Assembly (NCBI GenBank): GCA_945890715.1
Contig: CAMDCX010000001.1
Span: 13,751-77,750 of the forward strand
Reading direction: 5' to 3'
DNA from: PVC group bacterium
Lineage (GTDB): Bacteria > Verrucomicrobiota > Kiritimatiellia > CAIKKV01 > CAITUY01
DNA: 64,000 nucleotides
Part shown: positions 19,012-27,577 of the stretch, in pieces
Layout of the letters: each line of letters begins with the position of its first letter
Numbering within the stretch: the first letter of the stretch is position 1
Position numbers and translations under genes: made by a program
The notes under the pieces: generated by a model
What the model was told of the DNA's origin: nothing
The model's input: the letters and a program-made list of their open reading frames with translations, nothing else
The model's database searches: none

Positions 19012-19015
19012 GATG

Positions 19016-20062
19016 TTAGATCCAATCAAGGGGGTAGCGGCCCCAGCGGCGAACCGCATCCGCGATAGTGAGCAGGACGGAATCCGGAACCTGCCAGGGA
19101 ATTTCCCCATGGTTATCTGTTAAAACAAATCCGCCGCCCGGCCCGGCTTTTGCGATCGCCTCCTTGACCCTGATCTCGGCCTCGGCGGGAGTCCAGTGCC
19201 GCATTTCGATCGCATTCAAATTGCCCATAACGGTAAGCCGTCCCCGGGCTGCGGCCTTGACAGCGGCCAGATCTTCCAGAAAACTGGCTCCGATCCCGAC
19301 GGTGCCCGTTTGAACGACATCATCGAGAATTGCCAGGCAACGGCCGGAGGCAAAGCTGGTTGCAACGGCTCCTTTGATTTTCGACAATGTTCTTCTGGCG
19401 ATCAGGAACCCTGTTTTCAGGTATAGTGCCCGGGGAATGATGGTGGGGGACGATACCGGGTCGGCATACGCGATGGCTCCTGCGCCCGCCTCCAGTTGTG
19501 CGTTGGCCCACTCCACGCAAAAGGCTTCGTTCAGGCGCATGAGTTGCTCAAACCGTTCTGGTTGTTCGTGGAGTAAAAGCAGGTAATTCTCGAAACCCAA
19601 CTGCATGACCGGCAGTGAAAAGGGCGAAATCACCGAGCCGAACACGGGGACCTCGTTGCCCGCCCGGTCCTTCAGGAGACGAATGAGACGCAGCACTTTC
19701 TGCAGGCAGGGGGTATCGCGCACCCGGGGCGGTTCAAGGCGGGCGATGTCCGCCGATCCTGACAGGGGCGGTTGGCCTGCATTGGGCGGGCCATCTTCCC
19801 GATAGATCACTTCACCTCCCCACGCCTCAGCCTCCACAGCCCCATACATGAAACCGAGCAGGGCATCATGTCCATAGCGGACGCGGAGTCGCCACTGGCC
19901 TTCCGCCACGAGATCCGGCCGGCTGAAGTAGTCCCGGATTGAGAGGCCGAATTCCCTCGCGCCCTGCATGACGGTGGGAAGCAGGAAGGGAACGCGATCC
20001 GGTTCCCTGTGGGACATCGCCGTGCTGAGGCGTTCCGAGGAGGTCATGGACTCCGGTTTCAT
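19016..20062 (-). CDS. Uroporphyrinogen-decarboxylase-family protein (MtaA/CmuA-like corrinoid methyltransferase homolog)
   Basis: N-terminus ERLSTAMSHREPDRVPF…, typical of the URO-D/MtaA superfamily. 348 aa. Start overlaps the upstream corrinoid-protein stop by 4 nt. Confidence 0.75.
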   Translation of the reverse strand: MKPESMTSSERLSTAMSHREPDRVPFLLPTVMQGAREFGLSIRDYFSRPDLVAEGQWRLRVRYGHDALLGFMYGAVEAEAWGGEVIYREDGPPNAGQPPLSGSADIARLEPPRVRDTPCLQKVLRLIRLLKDRAGNEVPVFGSVISPFSLPVMQLGFENYLLLLHEQPERFEQLMRLNEAFCVEWANAQLEAGAGAIAYADPVSSPTIIPRALYLKTGFLIARRTLSKIKGAVATSFASGRCLAILDDVVQTGTVGIGASFLEDLAAVKAAARGRLTVMGNLNAIEMRHWTPAEAEIRVKEAIAKAGPGGGFVLTDNHGEIPWQVPDSVLLTIADAVRRWGRYPLDWI

Positions 20063-20748
20063 GGTAGAACCCCCGCTAATCGTGAAATGGCCGCAATGGC
20101 ATCGGATGCCGTGTTGCCGAAGGCGTCCGCTCCGACCTCTTTCCAGAGCTCTTCATCAAAGCGGAAAGGGGCGCCTCCTACTACAATTAGCGGGACGCAC
20201 CCCTTTGCCTGAAGCCGTGTGCGGAGCTCTTTGATCCGAAGCGCCGCCGGCAGCATGAGTGCGGAGAGAAGCAGAATACGAATCCCGTCGGTCTTGATGT
20301 GGGCGACCAGTTGGTTCATGTCGGTTCGTCCATAATTTCGCAACGAAAACCCGCTCGCCCGCAATGTCGAGTATACAATTCTCAAGCCCAGCAAATGATA
20401 ATCTTCAAGGGCTGCGATTGCCAGCGGCGGCATGCTTTTCCGGGTGTCATCGGAGGGGGGGAGAATGGCGTCAACCGCTTCCTCGCAAAGGCGACCGCTC
20501 ATGTATACCTGAGACAAGGAAACGCTCCCTTCCTCCCAGCCGACGCCAATCCGCTCCAGGGCCGGAACAATCAGGCTCTCGATTCTTGTGAGCGGTGAAG
20601 GCGAAGCGGAGGCTTCCGACAGCACGCGGTTGACGGTCACCCTGTCAAGCGACAGGAGAGCACTCTCCAGTTGATCCAACGGCGACTCCATGGCGTTCTC
20701 TTTTTGCTCGCTCCTATTACTCGGAACGTATTCCAGCCCGCCGGGCAA
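20059..20748 (-). CDS. Cobalamin (B12)-binding corrinoid protein, MtaC/MtbC-like, with His-on ligation motif
   Basis: Four-helix cap N-terminus followed by a Rossmann-like B12-binding domain. The DxHxxG (DYHLLG), SxL (LLSAL) and GG (VVGGAPF) motifs are all present. An alternative start at 20691 (MESPLD) is possible. Confidence 0.75.
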   Translation of the reverse strand: MPGGLEYVPSNRSEQKENAMESPLDQLESALLSLDRVTVNRVLSEASASPSPLTRIESLIVPALERIGVGWEEGSVSLSQVYMSGRLCEEAVDAILPPSDDTRKSMPPLAIAALEDYHLLGLRIVYSTLRASGFSLRNYGRTDMNQLVAHIKTDGIRILLLSALMLPAALRIKELRTRLQAKGCVPLIVVGGAPFRFDEELWKEVGADAFGNTASDAIAAISRLAGVLP

Positions 20749-20858
20749 ACCTGTAATCAGCTTCTCGATCTGAAACTACGCGCAATTCAAGTGTTTGTCA
20801 GCTATTTTTATTTTGACTTTTATCCGTCACTGCCAACTGGTATTGTCCGATTAAAGCC

Positions 20859-22007
20859 ATGAGTAAAATTCTCAAAGCCCTGATTGTCGAGGATTCTGAG
20901 TGTGATGCACTCCTGCTGTTAGGGCACCTGAAGCGGGGAGGGTACGATACGACATCCCTTCGCGTCGATAATGCTTCTGATCTTGTGGCAGCATTAAGCG
21001 AAAGAGAATGGGACATTGTTTTTTCAGATCACAACATGCCGCAATTCACCTCCATTGAGGCCCTGGAGCTTGTGCGCGCCCGCGATCCGGACATTCCTTT
21101 CCTGATTGTTTCCGGGAGCATCGGGGAAGATGTGGCGGTGGCGTCCATGAAGGCGGGAGCCCAGGACTATCTGATGAAGGGCAACCTGACCCGTCTTGTA
21201 TCGGCCGTTGATCGCGAGTTGAAGGATGCCGGGGATCGCCGCGCACGCAAGGTGGCGGAGCATGCACTTTTGGCGCGTGAGGAGGAACTCAGAATCGCCC
21301 GCGAAGTTCAACAGTTGCTCTTCCCGATTTCCATGCCTGTCATCGGCGGTTACGATATCGCGGGCGCCTCTTGCCCGGCGGACGCCACAGGCGGTGACTA
21401 CTACGATGTTATCGTCCGTCCGAATCACGATATTTATGTGATTGTCGGGGATGTGACCGGGCATGGGCTCGGGCCGGCCCTGCTCATGACCGATGTTCGG
21501 GCATACCTCAGGGCACTTGTCCTGGAGGACAGATCCCTCGAGGATCTCATGACTCTGGTGCGTCACCTCCTGCTTGAAGATCTTGGAAACGACCGGTTTA
21601 TCACCATGGTGATCGCCCGGTTCACTCCCGGAGAGGGTGTCATGGATGTGATTAATGCGGGGCATCCAACGGGCTATATTCTTGCGCCTGGAGGCGGGAT
21701 AAAAACGGAACTGAATGCCACTGTTCCAGCCTTGGGTGTTGACGCCGAGGTGGATCGACTTGAGTCCTGCAAGGTCCGGCTGGAAGCAGGAGAACTGGCT
21801 GTATTCCTGACGGATGGGATTCTCGAGGCGTGTTCACCGGCTGGCGAGGAGTTCGGGGTGCCGCGCCTGCTTGGGATTCTCCAGCGCGAAAGGGACCGGC
21901 CCGCCGCTGAAATCATCAGGATTCTCTTCGATGAAGTGCGCAAGTTTGGTTCCCCGGAAGGGATTCAGGACGATATCACTGCGGTGATCATCAAACGCTC
22001 GTCCTAA
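20859..22007 (+). CDS. Response regulator with PP2C/SpoIIE-type Ser/Thr phosphatase output (RsbU-like)
   Basis: REC domain has the ALIVEDSECD acidic pocket and phospho-acceptor IVFSDHNMP. The PP2C domain has GGDYYDV…GDVTGHGLGPALLM. Transcribed divergently from the histidine-kinase operon. Confidence 0.85.
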   Translation: MSKILKALIVEDSECDALLLLGHLKRGGYDTTSLRVDNASDLVAALSEREWDIVFSDHNMPQFTSIEALELVRARDPDIPFLIVSGSIGEDVAVASMKAGAQDYLMKGNLTRLVSAVDRELKDAGDRRARKVAEHALLAREEELRIAREVQQLLFPISMPVIGGYDIAGASCPADATGGDYYDVIVRPNHDIYVIVGDVTGHGLGPALLMTDVRAYLRALVLEDRSLEDLMTLVRHLLLEDLGNDRFITMVIARFTPGEGVMDVINAGHPTGYILAPGGGIKTELNATVPALGVDAEVDRLESCKVRLEAGELAVFLTDGILEACSPAGEEFGVPRLLGILQRERDRPAAEIIRILFDEVRKFGSPEGIQDDITAVIIKRSS

Positions 22008-22044
22008 AGGGACAGGGTGTGGGCGTTCGACTTAAGAGCACGAC

Positions 22045-22830
22045 ATGGAAGACCCTATCGGAACGGAAAAAATTGTCCACGGGCAACGGTGGGGTGAGTT
22101 TCATAACGGCTACTTCTCCGATCCGGTGATCGTGCGCCCCCTGATTGACGCTGCCCTGCGAGTTCTGACTAAATCGCCCGTCGATGTCGTTGTTGATTTA
22201 GGGGGTGGAACGGGTTTTCTGTTATCCCAGTTGGCCTCGAACGGGATCGGCGCCACCACGAAGCTGGTCAATGTCGACTGCTCGGACGCCCAGCTTGCGC
22301 TCAAGGATTCTGCCGGTATTGTTCGGGTTCATGCGTCCATCGGAGAGTTCCGTCGCCGGGAGGTTGTCCCCGGAGATCAGCGACTTTTCCTGCTCATGAG
22401 GTCTGTTCTTCATTATCTCGGGGAAGACGGATTGCTCCCCTTATTGCGTCATCTCCGTGGTCAGGTTGCGGAAGGGGAGTTCTTCGTTCATCAAAGCGCC
22501 TCCTTTAAGAATAAAGAGGATGCGGCATGTCTCAATGCCCTGTACCGGCACATGCGGTCCCGGAAGTGGTATCCCTCTGTGCATCATTTAAAAAACTGTT
22601 TGCTAAAATCCGGCTGGCGCGTAGCGGACGCCATGGAGGCCCCATCTCTTGTACTGACCTCGGAGGATCTCGGGCTGCGGTATGCGCTGAACACAAGTGA
22701 CATCGTTCGCATACGGGAGGCGATGGCGGGTGAATTCGGTGGGGAAGGTCCTGTCTTTCGTCTGACGCCATCAGGGTTTCAGGCCGACTTGCATTACCGG
22801 ATTTTCACCTGTGTCGCGATGTCATCCTGA
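22045..22830 (+). CDS. Class I SAM-dependent methyltransferase (function unknown)
   Basis: Motif I is VVDLGGGTGFLLSQL, with an acidic residue at the end of beta-2 (VNVDCSDAQL). Confidence 0.6.
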   Translation: MEDPIGTEKIVHGQRWGEFHNGYFSDPVIVRPLIDAALRVLTKSPVDVVVDLGGGTGFLLSQLASNGIGATTKLVNVDCSDAQLALKDSAGIVRVHASIGEFRRREVVPGDQRLFLLMRSVLHYLGEDGLLPLLRHLRGQVAEGEFFVHQSASFKNKEDAACLNALYRHMRSRKWYPSVHHLKNCLLKSGWRVADAMEAPSLVLTSEDLGLRYALNTSDIVRIREAMAGEFGGEGPVFRLTPSGFQADLHYRIFTCVAMSS

Positions 22831-23364
22831 AGACGATGCGAAGCGGCGGATGAAGAGGAGCCAGGCGGCGAGGGTTTTGGAGTCATCGACAAGGCCGCCG
22901 TCAATCAGGGATTCAAATTCCTCCCGTGTCAGGTATTCCACGGTGATCCGTTCGTCAGGGTCGCCCTCCTGAAGTTCGGCAGATTCTGAAAGTTCCGCAA
23001 AGAACAGATGAATGATTTCGTCAATATACCCCGGGGAGGGGTAGATAACGCCCAGAGAGTGGAGGGAAACGACATCATGGCCGGTTTCCTCCTTGATTTC
23101 CCGCGCAGCGCAATCCTCGGGGCGTTCTTCGAGTTCCTTCCGCCCGGCAATAATTTCAAGAACCTCGCGTTCAATGGGTTTCCGGAACTGCTTTACGAAA
23201 ACATAACGGCCGTCAGGCAAACGGGCCACGGCGGCAATGGCACCAGGATGCCTGATGATTTCCCGATGGGCGCGATGTCCAGGCTCCAGTTCAACCACCT
23301 GGGTTTCCACCGAAATCATACGGCCCGTGAAGACAGGCGTGATGGAAAGGGTTCTTTCGTTCAT
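22822..23364 (-). CDS. NUDIX hydrolase (ADP-ribose pyrophosphatase-like)
   Basis: Nudix box GRKELEERPEDCAAREIKEETG. Proposed start MNERTL… at 23364 overlaps the rfbB stop (ATGA). Confidence 0.8.
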   Translation of the reverse strand: MNERTLSITPVFTGRMISVETQVVELEPGHRAHREIIRHPGAIAAVARLPDGRYVFVKQFRKPIEREVLEIIAGRKELEERPEDCAAREIKEETGHDVVSLHSLGVIYPSPGYIDEIIHLFFAELSESAELQEGDPDERITVEYLTREEFESLIDGGLVDDSKTLAAWLLFIRRFASSSG

Positions 23365-24389
23365 GAACAAGACCTGTCCCGCCACCCGTACATCGTGTCG
23401 TAGGCCTTGAGGTATTCGCCGCTGCGGATGCGATCCCACCAGGCTTTGTTGGCCACATACCAGTTGACCGTTTCCTTCAGGGCGTCCTCGAACCGGTGGG
23501 CGGGTTCCCAGCCCAATTCGGTCTTGGCTCGCGTGTTGTCCATGGCGTAACGCCGGTCGTGACCGGGGCGATCCTTGACATAGGTGATCAGGCTTTCCGG
23601 CTTACCGAGGATTTTCAGGATTCCCTTTACGATCTCGATATTCGGGACATCGTAGTTGCCGCCGAGATTGTAGACTTCCCCTGATTTTCCTTTTCGGAGC
23701 ACCGTATCGATGCCGGAACAGTGATCCATGACATAAATCCAGTCTCGCACATGCATGCCGTCGCCATAGACGGGAAGGGGCTTGTCGGCGAGGGCGTTGG
23801 AGATCATGAGAGGGATCAGTTTTTCAGGGAATTGATATGGGCCGAAGTTATTGGAGCAGCGGGTGATGACGGCGTCCAGTCCGTGCGAGTGCTGGGCGGC
23901 GCGGACCATGAAGTCGGCCCCGGCCTTGGTCGCGGAGTAGGGGTTATTGGGCTGGATCGGGGTCTCTTCCGTAAAGGCGCCGGTCGGGCCGAGGCTTCCA
24001 TACACTTCGTCGGTGGACACCTGCAGGAACCGGGGTACTTTGTGCTTCCGGGCGGCATCGAGAAGGTTCTGGGTTCCCATGATATTGGTCTTGATGAATT
24101 CACGGGGGCCCATGTGCAGGCTGCGATCCACATGACTTTCGGCGGCAAAATTGAGGACGGCGTCAAAGCGGTGTTCCCTGAAAAGCCGGTTCACATCGCG
24201 GGTTGAGGTGATGTCGCCGTGCACGAACACATGGCGGGAGTCATTCTTGATATCAGTGAGATTTTCAAGATTCCCCGCATAGGTCAGGGCGTCAAGATTG
24301 ACGATCTCATCCGCCGGATGAGTCTTTAAAATATAATGTACAAAATTACTGCCGATAAACCCGGCTCCCCCTGTTACCAATAATTTCAT
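23361..24389 (-). CDS. rfbB: dTDP-glucose 4,6-dehydratase
   Basis: Starts MKLLVTGGAGFIGSNFVHYIL, with the YxxxK SDR catalytic motif and an RfbB-like C-terminus. The ATG at 24389 is preceded by GGAGAAC. Confidence 0.9.
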   Translation of the reverse strand: MKLLVTGGAGFIGSNFVHYILKTHPADEIVNLDALTYAGNLENLTDIKNDSRHVFVHGDITSTRDVNRLFREHRFDAVLNFAAESHVDRSLHMGPREFIKTNIMGTQNLLDAARKHKVPRFLQVSTDEVYGSLGPTGAFTEETPIQPNNPYSATKAGADFMVRAAQHSHGLDAVITRCSNNFGPYQFPEKLIPLMISNALADKPLPVYGDGMHVRDWIYVMDHCSGIDTVLRKGKSGEVYNLGGNYDVPNIEIVKGILKILGKPESLITYVKDRPGHDRRYAMDNTRAKTELGWEPAHRFEDALKETVNWYVANKAWWDRIRSGEYLKAYDTMYGWRDRSCS

Positions 24390-24463
24390 AAGTGTTCTCC
24401 TGCCCGAATGTATAGGGGACAGACCCGTCCGGTTCCAGCATTTTTTCTGCAAGGAGCGATTAT

Positions 24464-24481
24464 GATTAAGATTACGATTAC
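24464..24481 (+). promoter_or_regulatory. AT-rich GATTA(A/C)GATTACGATTAC repeat motif upstream of the flavodiiron gene, also present upstream of ispA
   Basis: The 18 nt gattaagattacgattac recur exactly, as reverse complement, at 59060-59077. In both cases the motif lies upstream of a start codon in the same relative orientation. Confidence 0.4.
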
Positions 24482-24549
24482 GATTATGATGAAGATATGG
24501 TATACATGATCGGTCTGTATTTCTTATTTATAAGGAGATGAGGTGTTTT

Positions 24550-25737
24550 ATGCCGATTGAACTAGCTAAAGGGGTTTACTGGGTGGGTGTGACCGATTGG
24601 GGCATCCGTCATTTTCACGGGTTTGAGCTCTCGGTTCATCGTGGAACGACTTATAATTCCTATCTCATTATGGATGAGAAAATTGCTTTGGTGGATACCG
24701 TTTGGTCGCCCCATTCGGAGGAATTCCTTGCCCGGGTCAGGGAATTGGTGGATCCCGCCAAGATTGATTATGTGGTGGTGAATCATGCGGAGCCGGACCA
24801 TTCCAGCAGTTTGCCCGCTCTGATGAAGCTATGCCCCAATGCCACAGTGGTGGTTTCCAAAAATGGGGCCACCAGTGTTCCCGGGCATTATCATGAAAAC
24901 TGGAATTTCAAAGCCGTCAAAACCGGGGATCGGATCAGCTTGGGCAAAAATGAACTGGTTTTTGTCGAGGCGACGATGCTGCACTGGCCGGACACTATGT
25001 TCTGCTACCTGACCGGGGAACAGATCCTGATGTCGAATGATGCCTTCGGTCAGCACTATGCCACGGCTTTTCTGTTCAACGATCTGGTCAATCAGGAGGA
25101 ACTGTATGAGGAGGCGTTGAAATATTTTGCCAATATTTTAACCCCCTACACAGATAAGATCTTGAAGAAAATTGACGAAATTCTGGCTCTGAACCTTCCG
25201 GTCAAGATGATTGCGCCGAGTCATGGGGTGATCTGGCGTCAGGATCCTCTCCAGATCGTTAAGCAATACCAGGAATGGTCCCTGCAGAAACCGGCTCCCA
25301 CGGCGGTGGTTTTGTATGACACCATGTGGCGTGCCACCGAAAAGATGGCAAAGGCGATTGCCGAGGGCTTGATTGAATGCGGCATCGACTGCAAGGTCTC
25401 TCACGCGGCGACTGCAGACAGCAACGACCTGATGGTGGAGATCTTTAAGGCAAAACTGGTTGTTTTGGGATCCTGTACCTATAACAATGGCATTCTTCCC
25501 TCCATGGCAAAGATTCTGGAGGAGATGCGGGGACTTCGATTCAAGAACAAGATTGGCGCCGCTTTCGGATCCTACGGGTGGAGCGGGGAGTGCGTGAAGT
25601 CCATCGAGGAAATCTTCCAGAAGTCCGGCATTCCCCTGGTGCGCTCTGGCCTTCGTGTCAAGTGGCAGCCCAGTGACGCCGATCTGCAGTTGTGTCGGGA
25701 GTTTGGACGCGAACTGGCGGCGGCGACCAAGGGCTGA
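24550..25737 (+). CDS. Flavodiiron protein (FprA/rubredoxin:oxygen oxidoreductase or NO reductase family)
   Basis: N-terminal metallo-beta-lactamase fold with a di-iron site (VVNHAEPDHSSS) and C-terminal flavodoxin fold (AVVLYDTMWRATEKMAKAIAEGL). The ATG at 24550 is preceded by AAGGAGATGAGG. Confidence 0.85.
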   Translation: MPIELAKGVYWVGVTDWGIRHFHGFELSVHRGTTYNSYLIMDEKIALVDTVWSPHSEEFLARVRELVDPAKIDYVVVNHAEPDHSSSLPALMKLCPNATVVVSKNGATSVPGHYHENWNFKAVKTGDRISLGKNELVFVEATMLHWPDTMFCYLTGEQILMSNDAFGQHYATAFLFNDLVNQEELYEEALKYFANILTPYTDKILKKIDEILALNLPVKMIAPSHGVIWRQDPLQIVKQYQEWSLQKPAPTAVVLYDTMWRATEKMAKAIAEGLIECGIDCKVSHAATADSNDLMVEIFKAKLVVLGSCTYNNGILPSMAKILEEMRGLRFKNKIGAAFGSYGWSGECVKSIEEIFQKSGIPLVRSGLRVKWQPSDADLQLCREFGRELAAATKG

Positions 25738-25740
25738 GTT

Positions 25741-27441
25741 TTAGAAAAATGCCCCGGCTAGAAGGCTTTCCGCTTCGGAAATCCATGCCTTGGAAAATTT
25801 GTTTTTCAGGGGGAACTGAATCATCACCCGCCTTGACGCGATTTTTCCCGTCAGAGCCACCGGTGCGTAACGGTCAATGAGGTGGCGGGGCTGGCTCCGA
25901 ATCACTTCGATCAGACCATCCAGTAGATCCAGCGGTTCTTCATGATCCGGGCATAGCACAAACTGGAACAGCCCGTCGGGCTCCCTTCGGATGGCGGTTC
26001 GGATATACCCCTCCAATTCTTTTCGGTGGGCGAATAGATCGGAGCCAGAAAATAGACAAGCGCACCGGGTGGAGGTAATGGCGGGCTCTATTCTGGGGTC
26101 GGAGGCTGTTACTTTAATCTGGTTTTTAAAGAGCATCAGCCGGGTTCCCGTGAATGCCCCGGTGTGAATATCCGACCGCAATTTCGGGTGGCGGGCAATC
26201 AGATGCTCAATGGCAAGGAAGTCCTCGGTATTCATGGTATCGGTTTCCGTCACTGCATAAGGGGGGTGTGTCAGCGCACGCATGCGCCATTCCTTGCGCC
26301 GGTCACGCAGTTCTGTTCCCGGCAGAAGCAACGTTTGCAGGCATTGGACATTTGTGGACGGGAGTTTCAAGGCCCAGTTTACTGATCGTCTTACATCGCC
26401 TGTGCCCTGTAGCGGAAGACCATACATAACATCCAGGGTGACTTTGATCCGGCGCCGGGTGAGGAGCCGAATTCCCGATTCCAGCTTCCCGAGTGAAGTG
26501 GGGCGACGGATTGCCTTGAGCACGGCGGGATCACGGCTTTGCAGGCCCACTTCAACATCCACAAAACGGGCCCGCGCCAGGTTGTCCGCTTGTTCTGCGG
26601 TAAGCCGTTCCGCATTGATCTCGGCAAAAAACGCCAGATTTCTGGACTGGTTCAGGTGGGCCAGACGCTGGACAATTTCGCCGAAATGCGGATGGGCGTT
26701 GAAGGAGGGATCCACGAAGCGGATTTCCTTCGCTCCGAGACGACGCAGGGCGCGAACGCGTGACAGAATGTCGTCCGGCTCCAGGAAAGACATGGACTGG
26801 CGCAGATGGGGATAGCGGCAATAGGTGCAGCGCATGGGGCAGCCCCGCGAGGCTTCGAGATAGGCCATTCCTCGGGCATCCGGTCGGCTGGCTCCATAGC
26901 CTGGGGGCGGCAGTTGATGCGACAGGCAGACGGCAGGCGGGGGCTCGGATCCCCAGCGATAGCCGTTACCGGTTCGCGTCGCCACGGTTGAATAGGGGAC
27001 GGATTTTCCGGTGCGAAAGGCGCGCAGCAGGGCCGGAAAAACAATTTCCCCTTCGCCCACCACCAGGGCATCGGCGGTTTTGTTTTTGAAAAGGAAGGGA
27101 TGGGCTCGGGCCACTTCGGGGCCGCCCAGGACGATCCGGGTTTCAGGAAGCCGATTGCGCAAAAGTCGGGCCAGTCGCAAGGTCCGTTCAATATTCCACA
27201 GGTATAGTGTTCCGGCGAGAACATCAGGGGCGAGGCGCGTCAGGGTGTTGAGCAGGGACTGGTTTCCCGCGTCCTGTTCTGATTCTGGAAGTCTGCAGAA
27301 CTCGTAATGAGCCCCTTCGCCCGCTTGTTCGGCGGCATACTGGAGGGTGGCGGCGGCCAGCGGGACATTCTCATGGTCCGCCTGGAGATCGTTATCCAGC
27401 TGGGGGAGTTGAATAAATAAAACCCTTTTCCGTTTCGGCAT
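25741..27441 (-). CDS. B12-binding-domain radical SAM protein (large, about 567 aa, function unknown)
   Basis: N-terminal B12-binding-like Rossmann segment (RVLFIQLPQLDND…), the radical SAM CPMRCTYCRY (CxxxCxxC) motif, and a long C-terminal extension. The start MPKRKRV at 27441 was verified by reverse translation. Confidence 0.7.
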   Translation of the reverse strand: MPKRKRVLFIQLPQLDNDLQADHENVPLAAATLQYAAEQAGEGAHYEFCRLPESEQDAGNQSLLNTLTRLAPDVLAGTLYLWNIERTLRLARLLRNRLPETRIVLGGPEVARAHPFLFKNKTADALVVGEGEIVFPALLRAFRTGKSVPYSTVATRTGNGYRWGSEPPPAVCLSHQLPPPGYGASRPDARGMAYLEASRGCPMRCTYCRYPHLRQSMSFLEPDDILSRVRALRRLGAKEIRFVDPSFNAHPHFGEIVQRLAHLNQSRNLAFFAEINAERLTAEQADNLARARFVDVEVGLQSRDPAVLKAIRRPTSLGKLESGIRLLTRRRIKVTLDVMYGLPLQGTGDVRRSVNWALKLPSTNVQCLQTLLLPGTELRDRRKEWRMRALTHPPYAVTETDTMNTEDFLAIEHLIARHPKLRSDIHTGAFTGTRLMLFKNQIKVTASDPRIEPAITSTRCACLFSGSDLFAHRKELEGYIRTAIRREPDGLFQFVLCPDHEEPLDLLDGLIEVIRSQPRHLIDRYAPVALTGKIASRRVMIQFPLKNKFSKAWISEAESLLAGAFF

Positions 27442-27577
27442 GGGATGCACCTTACCACAACCCGCCGCGAAAACGCGAGAGTTCGACATAGCCAAAGAAC
27501 GATTGAAACAAGGGCGATGAGGCGATATACTCGCCCGTTTTACAGTGAAATTGCTGAGCCGGAAGTGGAGTTGAACC

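Noticed and set aside
20749-20858. Cobalamin riboswitch upstream of the corrinoid-protein operon
   Set aside because: No B12-box-like conserved core is recognisable. The region looks like a plain AT-rich divergent promoter.
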